Position numbers and translations under genes: made by a program. The notes under the pieces were generated by a model. That model was given only the letters and a program-made list of their open reading frames with translations, was not told where the DNA came from and did no database searches. This document shows, in pieces, positions 21,158-33,565 of a stretch of 33,891 nucleotides of DNA. Position 1 is the first letter of the stretch; the number at the start of each line of letters is the position of its first letter. The stretch is from Octopus sinensis (taxonomy: Eukaryota): the NCBI RefSeq assembly GCF_006345805.1, contig NW_021831947.1, forward strand, positions 1-33,891. The letters are read 5' to 3'.

Positions 21158-22095
21158 AGAGTAAGTGTAGCTTTCAGAAAGACAAAGATTAAGGTGTACA
21201 AGGCATGTGTGCTCCCTTCTCTTCTCTATGCCTGCGAGACGCGGGTCACATATTGATACCACCTTAAACAACTGGAATGTTTCCATCAGATGTGCCTCAG
21301 ACGGATCTATGGCATTAAGTGGAAGGACTGCATCAGTGATCTTGAAATACTCGAAGGCTCTCGGTGTGAAAGTATAGAAGCTCTTCTGTTAAAGCAAAGG
21401 CTCAGATGGAGTGGTCATCTGGTCAGAATGAAGGATTCAAGGATGCCAAAACAACTCTTTTATGGAGAGTTAGCTAAAGGAGAATGACCTCCACATAAAC
21501 CAAAAAAAAGGTATAAGGACTTGCTGAAGGCTTCCTTAAGAAATGCTTGCATCTCTCCTGACACATGGGAAGGCATAGCTATTGATCGTAGCAGGTGGAG
21601 AAGGATTGTGCATGAGGGCACAGCCACTTTTGAGAAATCTCGAGTTGCGCATAAGAAAGTAAGGAGGGATGTCAGGAAGGGCATCGCTGTTACACTTCCA
21701 GAAGGGAAGGGTCTTCCTTTGATTCTGACATGCAATGTCAGTGCAAGACCCTGCCTCAGTAAAGCTGGACTCATGAGTCATCTTCGTAGTCATAAAACGA
21801 GACAGATGAGTGACAACCTGGCCACTGGTGGTGGTGTAACACTCCATACTAATCATATCTGTCGGGCATGTGGAAGAGAGTGTAATTCGGCAGGAGGACT
21901 TAAACAACATGCAAAGGTACATGAAGCCCAGTTACAACTACAGCCGGCTATTACCGGTAAAGGTTTTAGTTGCCAATTCTGTACAAGACATTGTAGATCT
22001 TTAGCTGGGCTAAAAAGTCACATTCAATCACAGCACCAGTAACAGTTAAGCTTCATGCAATGGCCATAATCGATAACGAGGGGGCAGTCATAATG
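21158..22095 (+). pseudogene. RTE-clade LINE ORF C-terminus with three C2H2 fingers and 3' tail
   Basis: One frame: KIKVYKACVLPSLLYACET...LRWSGHLVRM...PKQLFYGEL...DRSRWRR, with TGA stops at 21254 and 21485 and a natural stop at 22040-22042. Followed by an (ATGT)n tail. Confidence 0.85.
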
Positions 22096-22324
22096 GTTGT
22101 ATGTATGTATGAATGTTTGTATGTGTGTATGTATGGTTGTATGTATGTATGCATGCATGTATGTATATACGTATGTATGTATGCATGTATGTATGTATGT
22201 ATGGTTGTATGTATGTATGTATGTTTGTATGTATATATGTATGTATATGTGCAGATTTGTATGTTTTGTTATATGCATGTATTCTCATGCATATAGTTGC
22301 ATATCTAAACATACTCATATATAT

Positions 22325-22538
22325 TTAAATGATAAACTTCTGGAAAGTTTTGCAGATTTTTACAGTTCCAGTGATGGATTGGATCTGTAGTCTTCGAATC
22401 AGCATTCTCCTTTCTGGTTTTGAAAAGCCTAATTTCTCAAGATTGGTATTGGGGCAGTCTGTGACATATCCCAGGGCCCCAATAATTACTGGTATAAACC
22501 TGAACTTGTAATCTGGATAGAGTACTGCAGATTTCTCA
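22325..22538 (-). mobile_element. Restriction-like endonuclease C-terminus of an R2/R4-type non-LTR element
   Basis: Minus frame LYPDYKFRFIPVIIGALGYV...LEKLG...LQIQSITGTVKICKTFQKFII*. Confidence 0.65.
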
Positions 22539-22674
22539 ATAGTTCATATTTATGTATATATGTATGCATGTATGTATGTATGTATGTATGTATGTATGTA
22601 TGTATATATGTGTGTATATATATATATATGCATGTGTATATAAATATATATATATATGTGTGTGTATGTGTGTA

Positions 22675-22711
<37 letters not shown>

Positions 22712-23089
22712 GTATATATATAGGAAGAGTCCAGTGTAATCCATGGGTAGGAGAGGTGCAGCTGAAGTGTAGGAGTTCAGGTGTAGGCGAGTAGAATAAA
22801 GTCCAGGTAAAGAATCCAGGTAGAATAGTCCAAGAAAAGTCCGAAGTGGAGGTAGAATAAAAAACACTTATATCGATATTATCATTAATTAGAGTCATTA
22901 GTAATTAGTGGTCAACAAGCAAAAAATTATAAATGGCAAATCCAGAATTTTATAATTAATTTCTAATTATATGATAGAATAAGTACTAGGCTTACAAAGA
23001 ATAAGTCCTGGTGACGATTTACTCGACTAAAGGCGGTGCTCCAGCATGGCCGCAGTCAACTGACTGAAACAAGTAAAAGTATATATAAT

Positions 23090-24115
23090 AGGGCTCATCT
23101 GCGTGTACGTGTGTCAGTGAGTCCAAAACTGAATATGTAAACACGTGCCTGTCCAACAGTGATTTCATCATCCATACTCTCAACAATACGCTCTTAAATA
23201 TGGTTTCTGATTACAAATATCTTGGGTCATATATATCATCATCTGAAAAAAATTTTCTAACTAGAAAGGGTATGGCCTGGTCAGCCTGTAATGATATGCA
23301 TAAGATCTGGTCATCAAATCTAAGTAGACTCAAAATCTTCAAAGCCACTATCTATCTATCCGCTCAGTCGAAGTCGACTCTCGGTCACTCGTTGGATCAG
23401 TGTCCTCCAGTCAGTTCTATCCTGGGCCGCTTCTTTCAGATTGGCTATGTCCATTCCGGTATCACTCTTGATGGTGTCAAGCCAGCGGGTTCTTGGTCGG
23501 CCTCTTCCTCTCTTGCCACTGACCATTCTGAGCATGATGTCCTTCTCCAGGGATTTTTTCCACATAATATGACCAAAATATGCCAATCTATGCTTGGTGA
23601 TCCTAGTTTCTAGCGACATTTTCGGCCTGATCTGCTTGAGAACTTCTCCATTGGTCAGCCTCTCTGTCCATGGAATCTGTAAAAGTCTTCTCCAACACCA
23701 AAGCAGACATCTACTATATGGCTCAGAAACCTGGATGTTATCAAAGAAGCTTGAGAGGCGGTTGGATGGAACTTACACTCGCCTCCTTATGAGAGCTCAA
23801 AATCTCTCGTGGAAGCGTCATCCAACCAAAATGCAAGTATATGGGAAACTAGCACCTGTGTCATCTCTTGTGAAAGGTAGAAGAGTCCAGTTTGCTTGAC
23901 ATTGTTGTAGAGCTGAAAAAGAGGTAATTTCTACTCTTCTCCTCTGGAAGCCATCTGCTCACGATACCAGAGGGCGCACACTCTCCTACCCTGATGTAAT
24001 CTCCAGGGATACAGGCATCCAGCAACAGGACCTCCGTAATGCTATGATGGACCGTGAAGTCTGGTGTAACATAGTAAATTCCATTGTCTTGACCACGGTC
24101 GAACAATGATGATGA
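23090..24115 (+). mobile_element. RTE-like LINE 3' end split by a nested element
   Basis: DYKYLGSYISS...KIFKATI on the left, LLYGSETW...RLDGTYTRLL...DTG...AMMDREVW on the right, with a (TGA)n tail at ~24107. Confidence 0.75.
23353..23704 (-). mobile_element. RTE/BovB-like LINE 3' end nested in opposite orientation
   Basis: WCWRRLLQIPWTER...YFGHIM...GKRGRGRPRTRWLD...AQDRTDWR..., with an (ATAG)n tail. Confidence 0.8.
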
Positions 24116-24294
24116 TGTGTCTGTGTTTGTCCTGCATCACAGCTTGACAACCAATGTTGGTTTGTTTACCCTCCAGTACCTTAGCAGTTTGGCAATAAGG
24201 CAACCTATGTATGTATGTATGTGTGTATATATATACATGTGTATGTGTGTATACACATATATGTGTGTGTGTATACATGTGTATCTCTCTTTCT

Positions 24295-24692
24295 CTCTTA
24301 CTTGTTTCAGTCATTTGACTGCGGCCATGCTGGAGCACCGCCTTTAGTCGAGCAAATCGACCCCGGGATTTATTATTTGTAAGCCCAGTACTTATTCTAT
24401 CGGTCTCTTTTTGCCGAACCGCTAAGTGACGGCGACGTAAACACACCAGCATCGGTTGTCAAGCAATGCTAGGGGGACAAACACAGACACACAAACATAC
24501 ACACACATATATATATATATACATATATACGACAGGCTTCTTTCAGTTTCCGTCTATCAAATCCACTCACAAGGCTTTGGTTGGCCCAAGGCTATAGTAG
24601 AAGACACTTGCCCAAGATGCCACGCAGTGGGACTGAGCCCGGAACCATGTGGTTGGTAAGCAAGCTACTTACCACACAGCCACTCCTGCGCC
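24295..24692 (-). mobile_element. SINE family A, full length
   Basis: Family A similarity. Confidence 0.85.
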
Positions 24693-24979
24693 TATGTATG
24701 TATATACATGTGTGTATATATATACATGTGTATGTGTATTTATACATGTGTGTATGTACGTTGTGTGTGTATATATATATACATGTTTATATACATGTAT
24801 GTTTGTATGCGTGTATATATATATGCATGTGTGTGTGTATCTGTGTTTGCGTGTGTGTATTTGTGTTTGTCCCATGTAACAACCGATGTGGGCAACCGAT
24901 GTTGGTTTGTTTACCTTCCTGTAACTTAGCAGTTTGCCAGTGAGACAATGTATGCATGTATGTATGTATGTATGTATGT

Positions 24980-25689
24980 CCAGGCTAATGCTGAGTCCAA
25001 ATGCCCTGCAAGAAGCAGAAATGCAATTCATGAGTATTTGCGTGTCATCCACTGTATGAATGACTAAGTCGCAGTCATCTGCATAAAGGGGGTCACGAAT
25101 AATAGACTGAGAAACCTTTGAATTGGCAGCAAATCGGCGAAGATTAAAGAGGCGGCCAGAAGATCGATATCTGACATATATTCCCAGAGAGCTAACCTTA
25201 GCAAAAGCATGAGTAAAAGCAGCAACAAAGTGCAAAGAAAAGAGAGTTGGGGCAAGGATGTCACCCTGCTTGACACCATTCTCTACAGGAATGGGTCCCG
25301 TCATGGCACCACCAACATTGACCCAAGCCTCCATCCCATCATGAAATGATATAATTATAGATACAAAGTGATCTGGACATCCAAGTTTGCCAAATATTTT
25401 CCATAGAAAGGCCCTATTTACACGGATGGAGGAAGCAGGTTAAGGAGGGGATCGACACTTTTGAGAGAGCACGTATCCAGCATGAAGAACTTAAGCGAGC
25501 TGCGCGGAAGCACACAGCTCGTATAGTGAATGGGGAAAGCTTGGTCTGCAATGTTTGCAGTCATGTATGCTTGTCAAGGGCAGGGCTCATTAGCCACCAA
25601 CGGAGCCGCAAATGCAAAATATAAGTTAGTCCTAGAGCGCACAATGTTCCTGAAGGTCGGCAATGGTCTTCCTCGGTCACGAGTGGACA

Positions 25690-25697
<8 letters not shown>
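24980..25697. mobile_element. 5'-inverted RTE LINE insertion: antisense RT segment (24980-~25421) joined to the sense 3' end (~25422-25697)
   Basis: Minus: NRAFLWKIFGKLGCPDHF...GVKQGDILAPTLF...LYADDCDL...FGLSISL. Plus: WRKQVKEGIDTFE...CNVCSHVCLSRAGLISHQRS...* followed by UTR and tail. Confidence 0.8.
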
Positions 25698-25741
<44 letters not shown>

Positions 25742-26494
25742 GTGTGTGTATATATATATATGTGTATATACATGTGTGTGTATATATACGTGTGTATGTG
25801 TATTTATACATGTATGTTTGTATGCGTGTATATATACATGTGTGTGTGTGTGTGTCTTTGTGTTTGTCCCATGTAACAACCGATAGGGACAACCGATGTT
25901 GGTTTGTTTATCTTCGTATAACTTAGCGGTTTGGCAGTGAGACAATGTATGTATGTATGTGTGTGTGTGTGTGCGTGTGTATGTGTATATACATGTATGT
26001 TTGTGTGTGTGTCCTCCATCACCACTTGACAACTGATGTTGGTTTGTTTACCTCCCTGCGACTTAGAGATTCAGTATGACGAAAAAAAGAAAGATGAAAA
26101 ATAAGTCCTACAGTCGATTCGTTGCTCTAAACTCTTTAAGCGGTACTCCAGCATGGCCGCAGTCCAATAACTGAAACAAGTAAAGAAGATACACACATAC
26201 ACAAGCACCACCATCATCACTCGACAACCGTGCGATCGGGTATTCAGTCTGATTATTTCTATGCCCCCCCACCCCCGCATGATACAGCCTTAAGACATTT
26301 ATTGGATGGCCTTTGACTCTCAAGAGTTCCACCGCCCTTTGACGGGTTTTGTTTTTCATCCCGCAGGGTGTCCAATAAACACCCTCCTCACCAAGCAAGC
26401 TTGGTGGGGTTGCCGGTTTAGTTGCCGACGACCCGACCATGCAACAGGTCGTACTGGGTTACATGTTACCATACATACATACATACATAGACGT

Positions 26495-27135
26495 GGAGGC
26501 GCAATGGCCCAGTGGTTAGGGCAGTGGACTCGCGGTCATAGGATCGCGGTTTCGATTCCCAGACCGGGCGTTGTGAGTGTTTATTGAGCGAAAACACCTA
26601 AAAGCTCCACGCGGCTCCGGCAGGGGATGGTGGTGATCCCTGCTGTACTCTTTCACCACAACTTTCTCTTACTTCCTGTTTCTGTTGTACCTATATTTGA
26701 AAGGGGCCGGCCTTGTCACTCTCTGTGTCACACTGAATATCCGAGAACTACATTAAGGGTACACATGTCTGTGGAGTGCTCAGCCACTTACACGTTAATT
26801 TCACGAGTAGGCTGTTCCGTTGATTCGGATCAACCGGAACCCTTGTCGTCGTAACAGACGGAGTGCTTCCATCCGAGGCTCCGGCAGGGGATGGTGGTGA
26901 TCCCTGCTGTACTCTTTCACCACAACTTTCTCTTACTTCCTGTTTCTGTTGTACCTATATTTGAAAGGGGCCGGCCTAGTCACTCTCTGTGTCACACTGA
27001 ATATCCGAGAACTACATTAAGGGTACACATGTCTGTGGAGTGCTCAGCCACTTACACGTTAATTTCACGAGTAGGCTGTTCCGTTGATTCGGATCAACCG
27101 GAACCCTTGTCGTCGTAACAGACGGAGTGCTTCCC
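26495..27135 (+). mobile_element. SINE family E with a 264-bp tandem duplication of its 3' part
   Basis: Identical small ORFs at 26627 and 26891 define the 264-bp period. Head as at 8576. Confidence 0.85.
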
Positions 27136-27162
27136 ACATACATAGACAGACAAGTAGATAGA

Positions 27163-27397
27163 TATTGGGTTGGTGCATACTTATTGTGGCTTTTTTTCAA
27201 CAAATTTTACTCGACAAAAACAATAACCGCATTTAACAAAAACACCTTTAAATAATTATTCCGGAGCATATTCACCATCTACTTCAATTACTGCTTCCCA
27301 CTTGCTTGGCAGACGGTCAAACCGCCATTTAAAGATGCTTTTGTTAAATACTGTTATTGCTTTTGTTGAATAAAATTCGTTGAAAAAAGCCACAATA
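27163..27397 (-). mobile_element. Internally deleted mariner derivative (MITE-like)
   Basis: Starts TA-TTGGGTTGGTGCA. A ~45-bp inverted repeat links ~27180-27227 and ~27352-27397. The minus strand retains the transposase C-terminus [17 protein letters not shown]. Confidence 0.7.
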
Positions 27398-27477
27398 GAT
27401 AGACAGATATCCAACAGATAGATAGACAGACACATAGACAGATAGATAGATAGATAGGTAGATAGATAGAGAGAGAA

Positions 27478-27538
<61 letters not shown>

Positions 27539-27545
27539 GAGAGAA

Positions 27546-27594
<49 letters not shown>

Positions 27595-27623
27595 GAGAGA
27601 AATAGATAGATAGATAGATAGAC

Positions 27624-27717
<94 letters not shown>

Positions 27718-27776
27718 CAGACAGACAGACAGATAGTCAGACAGACAGACAGACAGATAGATAGATTGATAGATAT

Positions 27777-27862
<86 letters not shown>
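27395..27862. repeat. (GATA)n/(GACA)n microsatellite
   Basis: Direct inspection. Confidence 0.95.
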
Positions 27863-27863
<1 letters not shown>

Positions 27864-28214
27864 TGTTTCTTTATTAGCCACACAGGGCTGCACACAGACG
27901 GGTCAGATTACAAAGAAGAGCTTTTCTTTTTGGGGGAGAAAAGAAAAAAAAAAGTGGGGTATGTTTTCGATCAAAAGGGATCGTAAAGAGGGGTGGGGAG
28001 GGATCATTAGGGATCGTGTATCATAGATTGATAAAAACAGAGAGAGAGAGAGAGGGAGCAGAGTAGTGCGTGAATGGCAAACAGAGAGAGAACAGGCTCA
28101 GTGGCTGGTTACATAATTCACTCCATTATCCAGTGCAGTCCGATGCAGGGCATCGACCGCCGTATTGGCAATGTCTGCAGAATACGAGCCACAAAGGATA
28201 GAAGCACTATTTCT

Positions 28215-28341
28215 TTGATAATAATGATGATAATAATAATAATAATATAATAATAATAATTAATAATAATATAATAATAATAATATAATAATAATAATAA
28301 TAATAATAATATTAGTAATAATGATAATGAAAATGATAATA

Positions 28342-28385
<44 letters not shown>

Positions 28386-28409
28386 TTAGTAATAATGATA
28401 ATGAAAATG

Positions 28410-28445
<36 letters not shown>

Positions 28446-28478
28446 GTAATAATAATCATAATGGTAATAATAATAATA
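28215..28478. repeat. (AAT)n microsatellite
   Basis: Direct inspection. Confidence 0.95.
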
Positions 28479-28647
28479 GGCGTAGGAGTGGCTGTGTGGT
28501 AAGTAGCTTGTTTACCACCCACATGGTTCTGGGTTCAGTCCCACTGCATGGCACCTTGGGCAAGTGTCTTCTACTATAGCCTCGGGCCGACCAAAGCCTT
28601 GTGAGTGGATTTGGTAGACGGAAACTGAAAGAAACCCGTCGTATATA

Positions 28648-28727
<80 letters not shown>

Positions 28728-28947
28728 TGTGTGTGTTTGTGTGTTTGTGTTTGTCCCCCTAGCATTGCTTGACAACCGATGCTGGTGTGTTTATGTCCCC
28801 GTCACATTAGCGGTTCGGCAAAAAGACACCGATAGAATAAGTACTGGGCTTACAAAAGACTAAGTCCCGGGGTCGAGTTGCTCGACTAAAAGGCGGTGCT
28901 CCAGCATGGCCGCAGTCAAATGACTGAAATAAGTAAAAGAGTAAAAG
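28479..28947 (+). mobile_element. SINE family A, full length
   Basis: Family A similarity. Confidence 0.85.
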
Positions 28948-29307
28948 AGAGAGAGAAAGAGAGAGAGTATCCGTGGTCCGTATATTTTAATTTCAATAAA
29001 AAATGACTTTTCGTAGACAAAAAGATAGCGAAAGCCAAAACCCAGAAAACAACGAAACTATATTTTAGAAATAATTTGAACTGAAATGGTTTTAATTTCT
29101 TTTTTTCATTTAAGAATCTCAATTTCCGTCGCTATAGCATTTGTAATTAAATCAAGGTCTGTGTCTGCAACATTTGTATATTAATTAACATGATAATGAT
29201 AACGGGAGCAACAAGCGACGGGTTACTAAACAAAGGCCAATGAGCAACTGTGTATACATACAACACACACACACACACACACGTATGTATATATGCTTGT
29301 ATATACA

Positions 29308-29706
29308 TCTTTATATATAAAAGTAAGGTTGTGTGGTGTCTGTCTCCTACGATTTAGATTCCTAACTACTCCCACATTTTGCGGTGCAGTGTAACCAAAA
29401 CCGGGTATCTTATAGTCGTGATTCATATCGAGCCCTTCTGGGTATTAGCGCGCGTCTACGATGAGTCTACGATTTAAAAAAATTTACCATCATTTTTTTC
29501 CATTTTAATGCATTTTTTTCGCTATTATATAAGGGGAGTAACTCTCTAAAAATGTCTACGATGAGTCGACGATTTAAAAACAAATTTACCCTCATTTTTT
29601 TCCCATTTTAATACATTTTTTTGCTATTTTTTGGCTATAACTCTCTAAAAATGCTTATATAGTTATTTCCCTTACAAACCCGAGCAACGCCGGGCGATAC
29701 TGCTAG
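29308..29706 (+). mobile_element. Non-autonomous Helitron (~400 bp)
   Basis: A|TC 5' end at 29307-29309, subterminal hairpin CCCG...CGGG (29679-29694) and 3' CTAG|T (29703-29707). Confidence 0.85.
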
Positions 29707-29823
29707 TATATAGATATACATCTATATATAAATCTATTTTCCCAAAGGTACGGCTAAATGCCATCATCTTTTCCCATGTGTACGTATATATGCATGTATA
29801 CATATACACATAATATATATATA

Positions 29824-30227
29824 CTAGCAGTATCGCCCGGCGTTGCTCGGGTTTGTAAGGGAAATAACTATATAAGCATTTTTAGAGAGTTATAGCCAAA
29901 AAAATAGCAAAAAAATGCATTAAAAATGGGGAAAAAATGATGGTAATTTTTTTTTAAAAATCGTTGACTCATCGTAGACATTTTTAGAGAGTTACTTCCC
30001 TTATATAAGAGCGAAAAAATGAATTAAAATGGAAAAAAATGATGGTAAATTTTTTTTTAAATCGTAGACTCATCGTAGACGCGCGCTAATACCCAGAAGG
30101 GCTCGATATGAATCACGACTATAAGATACCCGGTTTTGGTTACACTGCACCGCAAAATGTGGGAGTAGTTAGGAATCTAAATCGGAGGAGACAGACACTC
30201 ACACAACTACAGTTTTATATATATAGA
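29824..30227 (-). mobile_element. Second non-autonomous Helitron of the same family, inverted
   Basis: CTAG at 29824-29827 with the hairpin next to it, and A|TC at 30228-30226 on the minus strand. Confidence 0.85.
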
Positions 30228-30496
30228 TATATATTTAGTTATTTTCCTAATTTATATTTATGTATGTTATTTTGTAATAATTACTGGTATCCTTGCTGCT
30301 TGCGTATATGTGCGTGTGTACGTGTGTGTACACACATACAGACAGACATGCACACACACACACACACACATACAGACACGCGTATTGTTTTGGTATTTCT
30401 CATGCATGAGTCTGTGGTACGCAGACGCACTCTCCATAACCACTGTTTGACAAAGTGAAAGTGACTCTCAGCAATGATCACCTCCAAGCCATCATT

Positions 30497-30519
30497 CTAT
30501 CTATCTATCTATCTATCTG

Positions 30520-30576
<57 letters not shown>

Positions 30577-30600
30577 GTATCTACCTACCTACCTACCTAC

Positions 30601-30660
<60 letters not shown>

Positions 30661-30675
30661 ATCTCTCTATCTCTA

Positions 30676-30706
<31 letters not shown>

Positions 30707-30720
30707 CATCTATCTATCTC
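30497..30720. repeat. (CTAT)n microsatellite
   Basis: Direct inspection. Confidence 0.95.
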
Positions 30721-31448
30721 TGTGATACACGATCTCTGTTGATCGCCCCCCCCCCCGCCCACATTTTTTTTCACGATCCCTTTTGATCGGAATTCGCCCC
30801 CCCACCACCTTTTTTCCCCCTCTTCCCCCCAAAAAGAAAAGCTCTACTTTGTATTTTGTCCCTTTTCTGTGTTCAGCCCTGCGTGACCAATGAAGAAATC
30901 CACCTATCTCAGGATCTATCTACCTGTGTCTATGTATGTACGTATGTATGTATGTATGTATGTATGTATGTATGTATGTATGTATGTATGTATGTATGTG
31001 TGTGTGTATGTATGTATGTACGTATGTGTCTGTCTGTCTGTCAGCCTACCTATCTACCTGTCTGTCTGTGTCTTTGTATCCATGCGATTAGTAGCTTTGA
31101 CTCAAGCGGTAACAGCTTTCTTTAGTCAGCTTTTCACCTTCCTCCGACATGTTGCAGCGCACCTGACCACTGTGTACAACAAAAGCCGTTCTGTTCGTGT
31201 GTGTGTGTATATACATACATATATATATAATATATAGATATATATTTATATTTATATATAAAGAGAGAAAAGAGAGGGGGTGGGAGAGAGCAAGCGAGCG
31301 AGTGAGTCAGATATATATATGTGTATATATTATATATATATATGCGGGTATATGTATGTATTACATATGTTTAGTGATTGCGGACAGAAAAACAACTGAA
31401 ACATGAAGATGTGTGTGTGTCCTATGTGTGGGTGTACGTGTGTATAAA

Positions 31449-31498
<50 letters not shown>

Positions 31499-31664
31499 CC
31501 GTATAACACGCACACGCGTGGTAGTCGAGTATCCGAGTGCAGTATGCGCGTGCAAATATACGATTTATATCACATTCATATATACATACCTGTATGTATA
31601 TACGTTACATACATAAATATGTATGTATGTGTATATATACATTCATATATGTATATATACATAC

Positions 31665-31701
<37 letters not shown>

Positions 31702-31706
31702 TATAC

Positions 31707-31744
<38 letters not shown>

Positions 31745-32479
31745 TCTTTACCCGTTTCAGGCGTTTGACTGCGGCCATGCTGGAGCACCGCCTTTATATA
31801 TGTATATATATACTGCGCATTAAAACAACAGCAACAACATGCGGTATGTCTTACCTACCTTTTCACATAGATGATGATGGTGATGATAACGATGATGATG
31901 GAGACATTGACGCTGGTCCAGATGCCGATGTTGTTGTTGTTGTTGTTATTGTTACAGAGATGGCAGCTACATCATCGGTCAGTATTGCTCCTATTTTTTG
32001 CAATGCTGGTGTTGTTGTTGCTGTAGTTGTTGGTGTTGATGGTGATGCTGGTGGTGTTGATGGTGGTGGTGTTAGTATTGTACTATGACAGCATCACAAT
32101 GGCTATATCTCTGTGTGTGCTGTACTTTTATGAAAGTGGTGGTGGTGGTGGTGGTTGTGGGTAGGGTAGTAGTAAGTCCACACGGTTTTGGACGGGTAAA
32201 TCCGAAAAAAAGACAAAAGATGATGAAGACCGCGACGGACGATGATATAAAATGATGCTGACGATGGTGATGACGATGATGGTGGTGGTGGTGGTGGTGG
32301 TGGTGGCGAACTGTTGGTATTAACGGGAGGGAGAGACGAGGGCTTGCAGCAGCAGCGGCAGCACGCCAGCAGCAGGTACTACAAGCAGCAACGGCAGCAA
32401 CGGCAGCACCTTGTAGTCAGTAGTTGTATGAGTGGTGGTGGTTGTGGTGGTGGTAGATGTAGGTGGTGAGTTGAGCGGA

Positions 32480-33565
32480 CGATGACGATTAAGATTTTGT
32501 CAGTAGTAGTAGTTTAGTAGTTGTAGTAGTAGTAGTAGGTAGTGGTAGTAGTGGTTGGGTGGTAGTGGTGGTGGTGGTAGTGGTAGTAGTAGTGGTGGTA
32601 GTAGTAGTAGTGGTGGTGCTGTTGTGGTAGTAGTAGTAGTGTAGTAGTGTAGTAGTGGTAGTATGTGGTGGTGGTAGTAGTAAGTAATGGTGTGGTGGTA
32701 GTAGTAGTATTAGTGGTGGTGGTAGTAGTAGTATTAGTGGTGGTGGTAGTAGTAGTGGTAGTGGTGGTGGTGGTTGTAGTAGTAGTGGGGTGGTAGTAGT
32801 AGTAGTGGTGGTGGTGCTGGCTGTAGTAGTAGTGGTGGTGGTGGTGGTTTGGGTGGTAGTAGATCCTTGGCGATGATGATGATGATGATGACGATGACGT
32901 TAAAGAGGCGACGGGTGCCAGTTGTTGATGGTAGGAATGGTAAATGAGTGTGGTGGTGGTGGTGGTGGTAGCAGCAGCAGTATTGACTTTGGTGGGCGGC
33001 GGCGGCTGCGGTGGCGGTGGCGGTGATGGGATATTGATGTTATTCAATCGAGACGTCTCGTTGCCGTCATTCCGGATTACGATGGCGGCGGCGGGGGTGG
33101 CGATGGGGGATTTTGGTGGTGGTGGTGGTGGCGATGGTGGTGGTGGTGGCGATGGTGGTGGTGGTGGCGATGAGGATTTTGGTGGTGGTGGTGGTGGTGG
33201 TGACGATGAGGATTTTGGTGGTGGTGGTGGTGGTGGTGGTGGTGGTGGTGGTGGTGGTGGTGGCGATGAGGATTTTGGTGGTGGTGGTGGTGGTGGTGAC
33301 GATGAGGATTTTGGTGGTGGTGGTGGTGGTGGTGGTGGGTTGATGAGGGTGGTGGTGGTGGCGATGGTGGTGGTGGTGGCGATGAGGATTTTGGTGGTGG
33401 TGGTGGTGGTGGTGGTGGTGGCGATGGTGGTGGTGGTGGCGATGAGGATTTTGGTGGTGGTGGTGGTGGTGGTGGTGGTGATGATGGTGGTGGTGGTGGC
33501 GATGGTGGTGGTGGTGGCGATGAGGATTTTGGTGGTGGTGGTGGTGGTGGCGATGGTGGTGGTGG
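32480..33565. repeat. Low-complexity (GGT/AGT)n region, including a GGT array punctuated by GATGAGGATTTT
   Basis: Seven copies of GATGAGGATTTT between ~33169 and 33530, embedded in GGT runs. Confidence 0.85.

Noticed and set aside
28090-28185. Possible minus-strand terminal exon (CAG acceptor, DIANTAVDALHRTALDNGVNYVTSH*)
   Set aside because: No recognisable homology and too short to tell from chance. RNA-seq junctions would be needed.
27862-30900. Inverted similarity between ~27862-28030 and ~30715-30900
   Set aside because: Diverged, independent copies of one short retroposon whose tail resembles SINE B, not a local duplication.
1040-31823. Many YI/IY, CV/HT, LSIY and poly-I/N ORFs
   Set aside because: Translations of TA, TG, GATA and AAT microsatellites or of SINE bodies (for example MWLVSKLL..., GLNPEPCGW).
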